Shown: positions 8,653 through 18,609 of the stretch, piece by piece
Layout: each line of letters begins with the position of its first letter
Position numbering within the stretch: position 1 is the first letter of the stretch
Assembly: GCA_964539105.1 (NCBI GenBank)
Contig: CAZIFI010000007.1
Span: 2,883 to 66,882, forward strand
DNA from: an uncultured Anaerolineales bacterium
GTDB taxonomy: Bacteria > Chloroflexota > Anaerolineae > Anaerolineales > UBA11858
Length of the DNA: 64,000 nt
Direction of reading: 5' to 3'
The notes under the pieces: generated by a model
Seen by the model: the letters and a program-made list of their open reading frames with translations, nothing else
The model's database searches: none
What the model was told of the DNA's origin: nothing
Program-made: the position numbers and the translations under genes

Positions 8653-9312
8653 TTAGTTTTCTTCGTCCGGAATATTCGAGATGCCCAATCTGACGACCAG
8701 ATAAAGGTGGATGCCCAGCGTGATCAGGATTACAGCAGGGATGATCCAGATATGCATGGAAAAGAAACGGGCCAGGGTCACCCCGCTCAAGGCCGATCCA
8801 CCCCGCAAGACGCGCATCATGAAATCACCCATGACGGGGATGGTGCCGGCAATTTCTGTGCCGACAGTGGTTGCCCAATATGCGCGCTGATTCCACGGCA
8901 GCAAATATCCTGTAAATCCCATTCCCACTGTCGCCAAGAGCAGAACCACGCCGGTAATCCAGGTGAATTCCCGGGGATATTTATAGGCCCCGTAAAAAAA
9001 GACCCGCAGCATATGTAGAAAAACGACCAGGATCAGCAGACTGGACCCCCAGTGGTGTACACCGCGGATCAGCCAACCGAACTGGACCTCGTTCATGATG
9101 TACTGTACACTGTCATAGGCTTGATCTGGGGAGGGCACATAATACACCGTGAGCATGATGCCCGTGACGGCTTGAACCAGGATCAAAAACAGGCTGGCGC
9201 TGCCCAGGGTATACCACCAGTTGACTTCAGGCACCTTGCGGTCCATCACCACATTATAGATGGAGGTAAGGCCCAGACGTTCATCCAGCCATCGAAAGAT
9301 AGAGTTTTCCAT
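8653..9312 (-). CDS. qcrB: Cytochrome b6-type subunit (N-terminal cytochrome b, four-helix haem-binding core)
   Basis: WWYTLGSASLFLILVQAVTGIML and IRGVHHWGSSLLILVVFLHMLRVFF (paired His ligands). The size is typical of split cytochrome b6. Confidence 0.9.
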   Translation of the reverse strand: MENSIFRWLDERLGLTSIYNVVMDRKVPEVNWWYTLGSASLFLILVQAVTGIMLTVYYVPSPDQAYDSVQYIMNEVQFGWLIRGVHHWGSSLLILVVFLHMLRVFFYGAYKYPREFTWITGVVLLLATVGMGFTGYLLPWNQRAYWATTVGTEIAGTIPVMGDFMMRVLRGGSALSGVTLARFFSMHIWIIPAVILITLGIHLYLVVRLGISNIPDEEN

Positions 9313-9314
9313 GC

Positions 9315-9812
9315 TTAGCCTTCCAGGAGGTGAATGTATAATGTCTCGTCTTCAAGTTTGATGTCCAGTTCGTCCAGCGGGCGCGGTGGCGGGCCGTGGA
9401 TCACGTTTCCCTTGATGTCGAAGGAAGCGTCATGGCAGGGACAGATATAGGCATTTTCATCCTCTTTCCAGGATACGCGGCAGCTGAGGTGGGTGCAGAC
9501 GTTGGAGAAGACCCTGACGTCATCTTCCTCCTCCCGCAACACATAAACTCCGTGGCTGTGGCTAGTCCTTTCCCAGCCATTTACCTGGGTGCGTACGAAT
9601 GAAAACAAGGTCGGTTTTCCAACGGGGTACTTTTCTAAAGGACCCACAGGGACCCAATCCTCTTGTGTGGTTTTTTTCAAAGCAGGGGTAATGAAATAAT
9701 TAATGAAAGGTAGACCGAGAACGGCACCCATGATCGTTCCCAGGAAGGAAAGCACCACTTTGACGAAACTGCGGCGGTCTAACTTTGATGGATCTGATCC
9801 TGCGCTCATCAT
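9315..9812 (-). CDS. qcrA: Rieske [2Fe-2S] subunit with a twin-arginine signal
   Basis: CTHLSCRV and CPCHDASF cluster-binding boxes, and an N-terminal DRRSFVKVV Tat-like motif. The start was placed at MMSAG after GAGGAG; the track ORF extends to 9869. Confidence 0.9.
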   Translation of the reverse strand: MMSAGSDPSKLDRRSFVKVVLSFLGTIMGAVLGLPFINYFITPALKKTTQEDWVPVGPLEKYPVGKPTLFSFVRTQVNGWERTSHSHGVYVLREEEDDVRVFSNVCTHLSCRVSWKEDENAYICPCHDASFDIKGNVIHGPPPRPLDELDIKLEDETLYIHLLEG

Positions 9813-9919
9813 TATCTCCTCATCACCGGGAATAGACAACAGGCCGGTATTGTGTTTTGGTGAAATCATTATAGATGAGAATGAGGCGGGGAGTTGATGA
9901 TAACAAGAACTAACAAAGC

Positions 9920-9933
9920 GTGAACTTTGTCAC
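9920..9933. promoter_or_regulatory. GTGA-N6-TCAC palindrome in the divergent qcr/sdh control region
   Basis: GTGAACTTTGTCAC is read directly from the sequence. It has the same half-site architecture as CRP/FNR-family operators (TGTGA-N6-TCACA). Confidence 0.3.
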
Positions 9934-10054
9934 TTTTCTCTCCCAGATCGAGAGTGACATAATTGATACATGGGAATGATGGATAAATTCCCGGGTTTCC
10001 ATTATGATTAAAGACCAATAATCTGGATAAGTCCAAATCCAGGAGGAGGCGTCT

Positions 10055-10441
10055 ATGGCGCTCAATAAGGGTGTCGGGTTTTTCGAGGGGCTGCGGTATA
10101 AAGGTGCGGGTCCCATGCTGGCCTGGATTTTACACCGCATCTCCGGATTAGGGATGGTCGTTTTTGTGTCCTTGCATGTGTTGGCCTCCTTCATGACCCA
10201 GCAGATGGGCAGCGATTTGGGGATCACGATCAACATTATTTACGAATCGCTGTATTTCCAGCTCTTTATCTACTTCTGTGTTATCTTTCATGCTGTAAAT
10301 GGGCTGCGGATCGTGGTTCTGGATACTTGGCCCAAGTATATCCGCTATCAGCGGGAATCTACCTGGCTAGAATGGTTTATCATTCTGCCCATCTATGGGC
10401 TGACTGCGTTTATCATGATCCAACGAACGCTTGCGGGTTGA
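10055..10441 (+). CDS. sdhC: Succinate dehydrogenase cytochrome b subunit
   Basis: 128-aa protein with three TM helices and conserved His residues (ILHRISG, SLHVLAS). It lies immediately upstream of sdhD/A/B. Confidence 0.8.
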   Translation: MALNKGVGFFEGLRYKGAGPMLAWILHRISGLGMVVFVSLHVLASFMTQQMGSDLGITINIIYESLYFQLFIYFCVIFHAVNGLRIVVLDTWPKYIRYQRESTWLEWFIILPIYGLTAFIMIQRTLAG

Positions 10442-10458
10442 GGAGAGAGGAGGAATCT

Positions 10459-10881
10459 ATGCGGTCCAAAAAAGTAGTTAAACCTGGCTGGAATCTGGAA
10501 TATGTGATGTGGATCTTTACCCGCTTGTCTGGTGTTTCCATCGCGTTATTAGCAGCCATTGCCATGGCTGCTGCTTTGTTTATGGGCGCGCGCACACAGA
10601 TGGATCTGGAAGCATTAATGCGTTGGACGTTTTTCCCGAATGTAAACCATGTCATTAACACGGAAGTCCCCAATGTGACCGAGGTGTGGGCCAATGGATT
10701 CTGGCAAATCATGCAGATTCTGATCGTGTTTTTTGGTGTGACCCACGGGTTCAACGGATTGCGTGTTGTTATAGAAGATTACATCAAGCCCGGATTCTGG
10801 CATGTCGTGATCCGCTCTGTGATATTTCTGGCCTGGGTGTTTATGATGCTGGTCGCAGTGTATGTTGTCTTCAGCTCCTAA
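10459..10881 (+). CDS. sdhD: Succinate dehydrogenase hydrophobic membrane anchor subunit
   Basis: Polytopic small protein between sdhC and sdhA. The start was taken at ATG 10459, preceded by GGAGG. The track ORF (10327) overlaps sdhC. Confidence 0.75.
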   Translation: MRSKKVVKPGWNLEYVMWIFTRLSGVSIALLAAIAMAAALFMGARTQMDLEALMRWTFFPNVNHVINTEVPNVTEVWANGFWQIMQILIVFFGVTHGFNGLRVVIEDYIKPGFWHVVIRSVIFLAWVFMMLVAVYVVFSS

Positions 10882-10906
10882 TAATGTTTAAGGGAGGAGA
10901 GTGTTC

Positions 10907-12700
10907 ATGCATAACCATCAATATGAAGTTGTCGTTGTAGGAGCCGGGGGAGCAGGTCTGACAGCGGCCTTGTATGCATCAAAGTCCGCCAATACGGCAG
11001 TGATCAGTAAACTTTACCCCACCCGCTCTCACACTGGAACAGCCCAGGGTGGAATCGGGGCAGCTTTAGGTAACACCGAGGAAGACCATGCCGAGTGGCA
11101 TGCCTTTGATACTGTCAAAGGCAGTGACTACCTCGGTGATCAGGAAGCGATTGAATTTATGGCCTCAGAAGCCATCCAGGCTGTTTATGAGTTGGAACAT
11201 ATGGGTCTCCCGTTCAGCCGGAATGAGGATGGCACCATTGCCCAGCGTCGTTTTGGGGGTCATACGAACAATGAAACCGGAAAGCCGGTGCAGCGCGCCT
11301 GTTATGCCGCGGACCGTACGGGACATATGATCTTACAAACCCTCTACCAGCAAAGCATAAAAAACAACGTGAAATTTTTTGATGAGTTTCACGTTATTGA
11401 CCTTCTGGTGCAGGATGGGAAAGCTGTGGGCGTCGTTGCCCTGGAACTGGCTACTGGCGAATTACATATCTTTCATGCCAAATCTGTGATTTTCGCCACG
11501 GGTGGTCACGGACGGGTGTGGGAGATCACCTCCAACGCGTACTCTTACACGGGAGACGGAATTGCCATCACCCTGCGGCACGGTATTCCCGCAGAAGACA
11601 TGGAATTTTTCCAGTTTCATCCCACGGGGATCTACCGTATGGGCATACTGATTACGGAAGGGGTTCGGGGGGAAGGTGGGGTACTGTTGAACGATGAAGG
11701 GGAGCGTTTCATGGAACGCTACGCTCCCACTGTCAAAGACCTGGCATCGCGTGATGTGATCAGCCGCGCCATGTATTTAGAGATGAAGGAAGGCCGGGGG
11801 ATTGACGGCAAGCGCTACCTTAACCTGGATGTCAGGCCGGAAATTGTCAATAAATATGCTGAAGAGGACGGCCGCAAGGATATAGATGGAAACCCGTACC
11901 GCGTGACGGGAGAGGACATCCTGGAAAAACTGCCGGATATTATTGACTTCTGTGAGACGTATCTGGGGGTCAACCCGGTCACTGAGCCCATGCCGGTGCA
12001 GCCCACCGCCCATTACGCCATGGGCGGCATCCCCACCAACAAATTCGGCGAAGTTGTCATTGATGAAGAAAACACCGTCATGCCGGGGTTATATGCGGCA
12101 GGGGAGGTGGCTTGTGTCTCCGTTCACGGCGCAAACCGGCTGGGAACGAATGCGCTGTTGGATCTGGTTGTGTTTGGGAAATATTCCGGGATCAAAGCTG
12201 CAGAGTATGCCAATCAAGTCAGTTTTGAAACCCTGCCTGCCAACCCGGCGGAATTTACCCTGCAGCAGTTGAATGAGATCAAATCGGGTGGGGACGGCTC
12301 AGAGCGGATGTTCGACATCGCGAAAGAGATGAAAGAGGTCATGTTTGACCACGTGGGTGTTTTCCGGGTGGAAGAAGGCATGCAGCAGGCGGTGGAAAAA
12401 ATCCGGGAGCTGAAAGAACGTTTCAAAAACATTGACATCGATGACAAGAGTGATGCCTTCAACATGAATTTGTTGGAAGCCTGGGAGCTGTCTAACTTAT
12501 TGGATATGGCTGAAGTCACGGCGGTCTCAGCTCTGGAACGCAAGGAAAGCCGTGGGGCCCACTCCCGGGATGATTACAAAGAACGCGATGACGATCAGTG
12601 GTTGAAGCACACCCTGGCCTGGTTGGAACATGACGGCGTGAGGCTGGGTTACAAACCGGTTAATATTACGAATTATAAGCCGAAAGAGCGATCGTACTAG
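10907..12700 (+). CDS. sdhA: Succinate dehydrogenase / fumarate reductase flavoprotein subunit
   Basis: [17 protein letters not shown] fold, [10 protein letters not shown] (covalent-FAD His region), and HPTG...RGEGG and HYAMGG motifs. Confidence 0.95.
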   Translation: MHNHQYEVVVVGAGGAGLTAALYASKSANTAVISKLYPTRSHTGTAQGGIGAALGNTEEDHAEWHAFDTVKGSDYLGDQEAIEFMASEAIQAVYELEHMGLPFSRNEDGTIAQRRFGGHTNNETGKPVQRACYAADRTGHMILQTLYQQSIKNNVKFFDEFHVIDLLVQDGKAVGVVALELATGELHIFHAKSVIFATGGHGRVWEITSNAYSYTGDGIAITLRHGIPAEDMEFFQFHPTGIYRMGILITEGVRGEGGVLLNDEGERFMERYAPTVKDLASRDVISRAMYLEMKEGRGIDGKRYLNLDVRPEIVNKYAEEDGRKDIDGNPYRVTGEDILEKLPDIIDFCETYLGVNPVTEPMPVQPTAHYAMGGIPTNKFGEVVIDEENTVMPGLYAAGEVACVSVHGANRLGTNALLDLVVFGKYSGIKAAEYANQVSFETLPANPAEFTLQQLNEIKSGGDGSERMFDIAKEMKEVMFDHVGVFRVEEGMQQAVEKIRELKERFKNIDIDDKSDAFNMNLLEAWELSNLLDMAEVTAVSALERKESRGAHSRDDYKERDDDQWLKHTLAWLEHDGVRLGYKPVNITNYKPKERSY

Positions 12701-12715
12701 CCAAGAGAGGGAATC

Positions 12716-13420
12716 ATGGAAATCACGTTAAAGATCTTTCGATATAACCCAGAGGACGACAAAAAAGGATATTTTGACACCTTTACCCTCGAGGCTGAAC
12801 CCACCGATCGCATACTGGACCTTTTAGAACGCATCAAGGGTACCATGGACGGCACTCTGGCATACCGCCGCTCTTGTGCTCACGGTGTGTGCGGCTCCGA
12901 TGCCATACGCATCAATGGCGTGAACCGGTTGGCATGCAAGGTGTTGGTGCAGGATCTGAAAAAGAAAAAGGTCACTATCGAACCTATCTTGGGTCTGGCC
13001 ATCGAAAAAGACCTCATCGTGGACATGGAACCGTTCTTTGATCACTACCGCAGCGTGCTTCCTTATTTTGTGAACGATGATCCTCCTCCCAGCAAGGAGC
13101 GTTTGCAAAGCCCTGAAGATCGGGCACGCTTTGATGACACCACAAAATGCATCCTGTGCGCGGCATGCACCACCTCCTGTCCTTCCTTCTGGGTCAATGA
13201 AGCGTATGTGGGACCGGCGGCCATCGTCACCGCTCATCGTTTTATTTATGACAGCCGGGACCAGGCCGCGGAAGAACGCCTGGAAATACTCAATGACCAG
13301 TTCGGTGTTTACCGCTGTCATACGATTTTCAACTGCACAGATGCCTGTCCGCGTGACATCGAAGTTACCCAGGCCATCGGGGAAGTTAAAAAATCAATCG
13401 CAACCGGAAAGGTTGAATAA
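12716..13420 (+). CDS. sdhB: Succinate dehydrogenase iron-sulfur subunit
   Basis: Cys clusters CAHGVCGSDA, CILCAACTTSCP and CHTIFNCTDACP for 2Fe-2S, 4Fe-4S and 3Fe-4S centres. Confidence 0.95.
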   Translation: MEITLKIFRYNPEDDKKGYFDTFTLEAEPTDRILDLLERIKGTMDGTLAYRRSCAHGVCGSDAIRINGVNRLACKVLVQDLKKKKVTIEPILGLAIEKDLIVDMEPFFDHYRSVLPYFVNDDPPPSKERLQSPEDRARFDDTTKCILCAACTTSCPSFWVNEAYVGPAAIVTAHRFIYDSRDQAAEERLEILNDQFGVYRCHTIFNCTDACPRDIEVTQAIGEVKKSIATGKVE

Positions 13421-13435
13421 GGTAAACGAAAGTAT

Positions 13436-13480
13436 AAAAAAAGACTCCCGGGGTTTCTAAACGCCGGGAGTCTTTGATTT
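13436..13480. terminator. Bidirectional rho-independent terminator
   Basis: AAAAAAAGACTCCCGG-(12 nt)-CCGGGAGTCTTTGATTT between convergent sdhB and the CBS gene. Confidence 0.7.
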
Positions 13481-13493
13481 AATGGTTCCGTTT

Positions 13494-13934
13494 TTACGGC
13501 TTCTGGGTGATGTAAAACTCGAGCTGGTTGATGCGCACCTGCTGGTTGCTTATGATTTGTTTAACGACATCGCCTATAGATATGATGCCAATCATCGTGC
13601 CCTCTTCCATCACAGGAAGGTGACGGATGTGGTTTTCCGTCATGAGGGACAGGCATTCCCGGGCTGTATGGGTGGGATTTACTCCCAGGACATCCTCTGT
13701 CATGATTTCTTTGACTTCGACCTCCTTGGGAGATTTCCCGTGCAGGGTAATTTTCCGGGCATAATCCCTTTCAGAGAAGATGCCTACCAGGGTATCGTCC
13801 TGGACGACGGGCATGGCACCTATATTTTTGTCTGCCATTTTTTCCAGAGCCTGATAAACGGTAGCCCCGGGTTCGATCGTCCATAAAGCATCGATCTCTT
13901 TCCCTTTTAGAATTTCCCTTACAGTCGCTTCCAT
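13494..13934 (-). CDS. CBS domain pair protein
   Basis: Two CBS repeats (GAMPVVQDDTLVGIFSERD and RHLPVMEEGTMIGIISIGD). Confidence 0.85.
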   Translation of the reverse strand: MEATVREILKGKEIDALWTIEPGATVYQALEKMADKNIGAMPVVQDDTLVGIFSERDYARKITLHGKSPKEVEVKEIMTEDVLGVNPTHTARECLSLMTENHIRHLPVMEEGTMIGIISIGDVVKQIISNQQVRINQLEFYITQKP

Positions 13935-14030
13935 GGCTGTTCTCCTTTGAAACCATTAAGATCGCATTTTATGTTCCCGCCTGTGGGCTTTAGTGTATCA
14001 TATCTCAGGGAAATGGCAGGACGGTGAAAG

Positions 14031-14414
14031 CTATTTCCGGTAGCGTTTGGTAAACTCACGACCGAAGGGAAAGAGAGCCAGCGGGATGAGCTTGAGATGC
14101 TGTTTTCCAAAGGGGATTCCGATGATGGTGACCATCAGAATCAGGCCGTTGACCAGGTGGGCGACGGCGATTTCCCACCCGAAGAGTACCAGCCAGATCA
14201 AATTGAAAATGGTGTTTGCCGGGCTGTGGCCCCGCGGTTTGAGAACGATCTCTTCTCCAAAGGGGGTCAGGGTGGCCACCCCAATTTTGTAAGCCTGGAT
14301 GCCAAATGGGATACCAACAATGGTCAGGCACAGGACGGTGCCGCCGATAAAATATCCCAGCCCGGCTAAAAATCCGCCGAAAATAAACCAGATCACGTTC
14401 CCGATAAAGTTCAT
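14031..14414 (-). CDS. yccF: YccF-family inner membrane protein
   Basis: Duplicated motif GNVIWFIFGG...VGIPFGIQ and NLIWLVLFGWE...IGIPFGKQ, characteristic of the YccF domain. Confidence 0.85.
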   Translation of the reverse strand: MNFIGNVIWFIFGGFLAGLGYFIGGTVLCLTIVGIPFGIQAYKIGVATLTPFGEEIVLKPRGHSPANTIFNLIWLVLFGWEIAVAHLVNGLILMVTIIGIPFGKQHLKLIPLALFPFGREFTKRYRK

Positions 14415-14516
14415 TTTATCTCCTCCTTTCTGTATGGGTTCTATTAACAGTATACGGGATAGGTCCTGCTTTTGTTGCGCTGATTTGATAAAAAGAACGC
14501 AAATATCTATATGATG

Positions 14517-15647
14517 TTAAAAAAGAGAAAACTGGTCTTGTAAAGCGAGTTTGAGATCCTTATAAACCATCGCTCCGGTATTTTTTAAAGATGCCACTTT
14601 TTGAGGATCGGTAGCGATTCCTACTGCGGTTATGTCTACCGGGATGGCGTTCTGCTCCAGCACTCGTCCGGCGGCAAACACGCTTTCAATACCGGCCGCG
14701 GTGTCTTCGTAGATATAGATCTCACTCCCTGTGAACGGATCCCACATGGCTTCCCCTTCTTTTTCGGAGGCCAGAGAAGCAGCTGCCTGCAGGGCCTTGA
14801 CGGTGGGCACACCCGCAGCGGCCAGCAGAGCTGAGAGGGCGTGAACAGGCCCCGGTTTCCGAAAGCGGTGTACCGGTTGGTCCCGTTGTGTGGCGATCCA
14901 TAACATCTCCCCGTATCCGATGAGGGGCAGTTCATGCAGACCAACCAGCTTGGCACCGATCTCAGCCTCGGGTGTCCCAAATAGATCCCCCGGAGGGATA
15001 GAAGGGCGGTTGGTGAGGATGCACCCGGCCCGGCCGCCGGATTTGAGCCAGGCCAGGCAGGCGGTTGTCTCTTCCCTGGTCAGATACGGTTGATCGAACT
15101 CAACCAGAAATCCGGGCAGGTCCATCTGGGGGGCATCAGGGTAAGTCTTGCGGTAGGTGTCACTGCCCAGTACCAGCTCCTGGAAGATACGGTAAGTGAT
15201 CGAAGCCGGATTGTGGGCTTTCTCCATGAGTTCCAGGATTTGTTTTTGATGTTGGCCGGCGAGTGCTTTTGTTAATATGTCTTTTGCAGCTTCCAGCGGG
15301 GACGCGGGAGTCGCAGGGTGGGATCGCAGCCTGTTGAGAAGTCCCACCCAATCAGGATCGGGGAGGGAGGGGTGGGTTCCCTCTTCGTTGTGAAGAGCTG
15401 TGGGCACGGGGTGATGGGGATCCATTTCCCAGCACAGCCTCATCATCCATGCCAGGCAAATGGCAGATGAGTCCCATTCGCTGGTGACACCGCACGCTTC
15501 TAAGGCGTATATATCCTCTTGGCTCAGGGCCGGATTTTCAAATCCCAAGTTTTTCCCCAGCAGTTCCACGGTCCTTTGCAGAGCCCGGTGATATCCGCGG
15601 GGCAGCAGCAGCACGCCGTCCATATCGAAAAGCAAAATGGTATCCAT
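14517..15647 (-). CDS. HAD-superfamily hydrolase with an unusually large cap insertion
   Basis: HAD motif I LLFDMDGVLL, motif II ILTNRPS, motif III RKPGP, motif IV YIYEDTAAGIES. Its ATG overlaps the hisE stop (TAATG). Confidence 0.8.
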   Translation of the reverse strand: MDTILLFDMDGVLLLPRGYHRALQRTVELLGKNLGFENPALSQEDIYALEACGVTSEWDSSAICLAWMMRLCWEMDPHHPVPTALHNEEGTHPSLPDPDWVGLLNRLRSHPATPASPLEAAKDILTKALAGQHQKQILELMEKAHNPASITYRIFQELVLGSDTYRKTYPDAPQMDLPGFLVEFDQPYLTREETTACLAWLKSGGRAGCILTNRPSIPPGDLFGTPEAEIGAKLVGLHELPLIGYGEMLWIATQRDQPVHRFRKPGPVHALSALLAAAGVPTVKALQAAASLASEKEGEAMWDPFTGSEIYIYEDTAAGIESVFAAGRVLEQNAIPVDITAVGIATDPQKVASLKNTGAMVYKDLKLALQDQFSLF

Positions 15648-15931
15648 TACGAACCCTGCTTGAGGTGGCGCTGCCGCAATTCTCTCTGCACCTCATCAAA
15701 GGAGATATCCTGGTAAGCCAGCAGCACCAGGGTGTGATACAGCAAGTCTGCCGTTTCTTCAATCACGCGTTGTTTTCCCTGTCCGGTGGCGGCCAGGATG
15801 ACCTCCATCGTCTCCTCGCCCACCTTTTTGAGGATGGAGTCCTGTCCTTCTTGCAATAGCTGTGCAGTATAGGAGCCCCGGGGTTGGTTTCGTTTTCTGT
15901 CCAGAATAATGTCGAATAATTCGTTGATCAT
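15647..15931 (-). CDS. hisE: Phosphoribosyl-ATP pyrophosphatase
   Basis: [13 protein letters not shown]...SYTAQLL..G...ILKKVGEE..E...A......[11 protein letters not shown] matches the HisE/MazG-like pattern. The ATG overlaps the hisI stop (ATGA). The track ORF extension to 16141 is out of context. Confidence 0.9.
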   Translation of the reverse strand: MINELFDIILDRKRNQPRGSYTAQLLQEGQDSILKKVGEETMEVILAATGQGKQRVIEETADLLYHTLVLLAYQDISFDEVQRELRQRHLKQGS

Positions 15932-16284
15932 GAGGGGTGTCCTTCCTCTGTAGGTGGGATGGTTTCTTCCTTCAGCTGGCGGTAAAAACAAGAGGTGGCC
16001 CCGGTGTGGCAGGCAGGCCCGCTGGGTTTGACCTGCAGCAGCAAAGTATCCGCATCGCAATCCAACCGGATTTCCTGGACATGCATCACATTGCCCGAGG
16101 TGGCGCCCTTGTGCCACAGTTCCTGACGGCTCCGGCTCCAAAAATAAGCCTGGTTCGTTTCTTGTGTGTGCTGCAGGGCTTCCTCATTCATCCAGGCCAC
16201 CATTAAGACCTGCTTCGATTCAATATCCTGAACCACGGCCGGAATCAACCCTCGGTGATCATACTTCAACTGTAAATCTGTCAT
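15928..16284 (-). CDS. hisI: Phosphoribosyl-AMP cyclohydrolase
   Basis: [33 protein letters not shown] and DCDADTLL..V...GPACHTG motifs. Confidence 0.9.
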   Translation of the reverse strand: MTDLQLKYDHRGLIPAVVQDIESKQVLMVAWMNEEALQHTQETNQAYFWSRSRQELWHKGATSGNVMHVQEIRLDCDADTLLLQVKPSGPACHTGATSCFYRQLKEETIPPTEEGHPS

Positions 16285-16294
16285 AACGAACTCC

Positions 16295-17812
16295 TTAGTG
16301 CCGAAAATGTCGGTTGCCGGTGAAGATCATCGCCATCCCTTGTTGATTGGCTTCTGCAATAACTTCTGTGTCGCGAATCGATCCGCCGGGCTGGATCACA
16401 GCGGTTACCCCTAATTCAGCAGCCAGGCGGATTCCGTCCGGAAAGGGAAAAAAGGCGTCACTTGCCAGGACGGATCCCTGGGCCCGATCCCCTGCGCGGT
16501 ACCCAGCCATGCGCACGCAATCCACCCGGTTGGGCTGTCCGCCGCTGATTCCCACCGTATATCGTTCCTGCCTATGGGCTTTTGCCAGCAAGACGGCATT
16601 GGACTTGACGTCCATCACCGCCTTCCAGGCAAATTGCAGAGCCGTTTTCTCCTGATCTGTGGGGTCCCGTTCTGAGACGATTTTCCAGCCAGAACTCACG
16701 CCCGGGTCCCCCCGATCAGGTGTCTGTTTCAAGAAGCCACCGGGGATGGAGCGGTATTCTGGGTCTGGAAAGGGTTGATCCTGCGAAGATTGAAGCAGGC
16801 GCAAACTCTCATTTTGGGACAGGCGCTGCAAAGCTTGCGGTGCAAAGTCCGGTGCCATGATACATTCCACGAACAGATCCCCTACCGCTTCCACAAAAGG
16901 TATGTGGATGGGGCGGTTGCTGGCGATCACGCTGCCAAAGGCTGAAGTAGGGTCGCTGGCCAGAGCCCGCGTGAACGCCTGGTGGACTTCCCGGGCCACC
17001 GCCACCCCGCACGGGCTGGTGTGTTTGATGATGGCGACAGCCGGCTGCTGGAAGCGATGTACGGTTCGCCAGGCGCCTTCCAGATCGAGCAGATTGTTGT
17101 AAGACAGCGGCTTACCGTGCAGGAGTGTGCTGTTGAAGGGGGCTCCTCCCGGTTTGCGGGCCAAAAAAGCTGCCTCCTGATGGGGGTTTTCCCCATAGCG
17201 CAGCGTCTGACCCGGATAAAGTGTGATGGCTGCAGCTTCTTGAACCTGGCTTAGGTCACGAAAGTATCTGGCAATGGCCTCATCGTAGGCTGTGGTGGTC
17301 ATGAAGGCTTTACGAGCCATCCTGAGGCGGAATTCTTCATTGTCCAGTACCTGCAGCGAGCGGGGATAGTCCTCTGGATCTGAAAGGACGGTAACGCGCC
17401 GGTAGTTCTTTGCAGCGGCCCGCAATAGTGCCACGCCCCCGATGTCGATGTGTTCCAGCACCTGCTCATGGCTGGCATCCTTTTTTTCAGCTGTTTCCTG
17501 GAAAGGGTACAGGTTGACCACAACCAGATCAATGTTCTTCCATCCCTGCTGTGCAAGCTTCTCCCGGGCGGATGCGGTATCCGGAGCGAGGATTCCGGCA
17601 TGGATGGCGGGGTGAAGGGTTTTTACCCGGCCTTCAAACAAAGGCGGCTGCCCGGTGAAATCTTGCACGGATTTGACGTTGATTCCAGCCTCTTCCAGGG
17701 CCCGGGCGGTCCCACCGCTGGCAATCAGCCCCCAGGCATCTTCCTGCAAAAGGCGGGCAAGCGAGATCAATCCCCGCTTATCCCATACCGACAACAAAGC
17801 GGTCTTCGTCAT
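16295..17812 (-). CDS. purH: Bifunctional AICAR transformylase / IMP cyclohydrolase
   Basis: N-terminal MGS-like ALLSVWDK.G...ASGGTA and KTLHP.IHAGIL, and C-terminal AICARFT motifs ([23 protein letters not shown]). Confidence 0.95.
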   Translation of the reverse strand: MTKTALLSVWDKRGLISLARLLQEDAWGLIASGGTARALEEAGINVKSVQDFTGQPPLFEGRVKTLHPAIHAGILAPDTASAREKLAQQGWKNIDLVVVNLYPFQETAEKKDASHEQVLEHIDIGGVALLRAAAKNYRRVTVLSDPEDYPRSLQVLDNEEFRLRMARKAFMTTTAYDEAIARYFRDLSQVQEAAAITLYPGQTLRYGENPHQEAAFLARKPGGAPFNSTLLHGKPLSYNNLLDLEGAWRTVHRFQQPAVAIIKHTSPCGVAVAREVHQAFTRALASDPTSAFGSVIASNRPIHIPFVEAVGDLFVECIMAPDFAPQALQRLSQNESLRLLQSSQDQPFPDPEYRSIPGGFLKQTPDRGDPGVSSGWKIVSERDPTDQEKTALQFAWKAVMDVKSNAVLLAKAHRQERYTVGISGGQPNRVDCVRMAGYRAGDRAQGSVLASDAFFPFPDGIRLAAELGVTAVIQPGGSIRDTEVIAEANQQGMAMIFTGNRHFRH

Positions 17813-18609
17813 GCAATTTCCTCCCTGTTTTCGCGGGTGATATCGATCCCCACCGGCCGGATGGGGATGCCCTGTTCCATCAGGTGTCGTTTGACCTCAC
17901 CGATCGTCAGCACATCATCATGAAACAGGGAGGCAGCCAGGGCGGCATCTGCCCCTCCTGCAGTGACAGCCTGGGCAAAATGTTCTTTGGTTCCTGCCCC
18001 GCCGCTGGCGATCACCGGCACATCGACTACCCCGGTCACAGCGCGGATCAAATCCAGGTCGTACCCGTCCAGGGTTCCGTCACGGTCCATGCTGGTGAGG
18101 AGTATTTCACCTGCGCCTGCGTCCACGCCGCGCTGGGCCCAGTCCACGGCGTCCAGGCCTGTGGCCCGCCGTCCACCGTGGATGTAGACCTCCCAGGAGT
18201 GATCTTCACGCCGTTTGGCGTCAATGGCCAGCACCACACACTGGCTGCCAAATCGGCGGGCTCCTTCACTGAGAACATCCGGATTCTTGACGGCTGCGGA
18301 ATTGATGCTGATCTTATCCGCGCCGGCCCGCAGGATGGCTCGCATGTCCCCGGCGCTGCGGATCCCGCCGCCCACTGTAAGGGGCAAAAAAACCTGGTCT
18401 GCCACCTGGCGCACGATCCCGGCCACAGTATCCCGTTTTTCATGGCTGGCGGTGATATCCAGAAACACAAGTTCATCCGCGCCCATCCGGTCGTAAATCC
18501 GGGCTTGTTCGACCGGGTCGCCGGCATCACGGATGTTTACGAAATTGACGCCTTTCACCACCCGTCCCCGGTCTACATCTAAACAGGGGATGATGCGTTT
18601 GGCCAGCAT
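17809..18609 (-). CDS. hisF: Imidazole glycerol phosphate synthase, cyclase subunit
   Basis: [38 protein letters not shown] and SGGAG motifs. Confidence 0.95.
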   Translation of the reverse strand: MLAKRIIPCLDVDRGRVVKGVNFVNIRDAGDPVEQARIYDRMGADELVFLDITASHEKRDTVAGIVRQVADQVFLPLTVGGGIRSAGDMRAILRAGADKISINSAAVKNPDVLSEGARRFGSQCVVLAIDAKRREDHSWEVYIHGGRRATGLDAVDWAQRGVDAGAGEILLTSMDRDGTLDGYDLDLIRAVTGVVDVPVIASGGAGTKEHFAQAVTAGGADAALAASLFHDDVLTIGEVKRHLMEQGIPIRPVGIDITRENREEIA

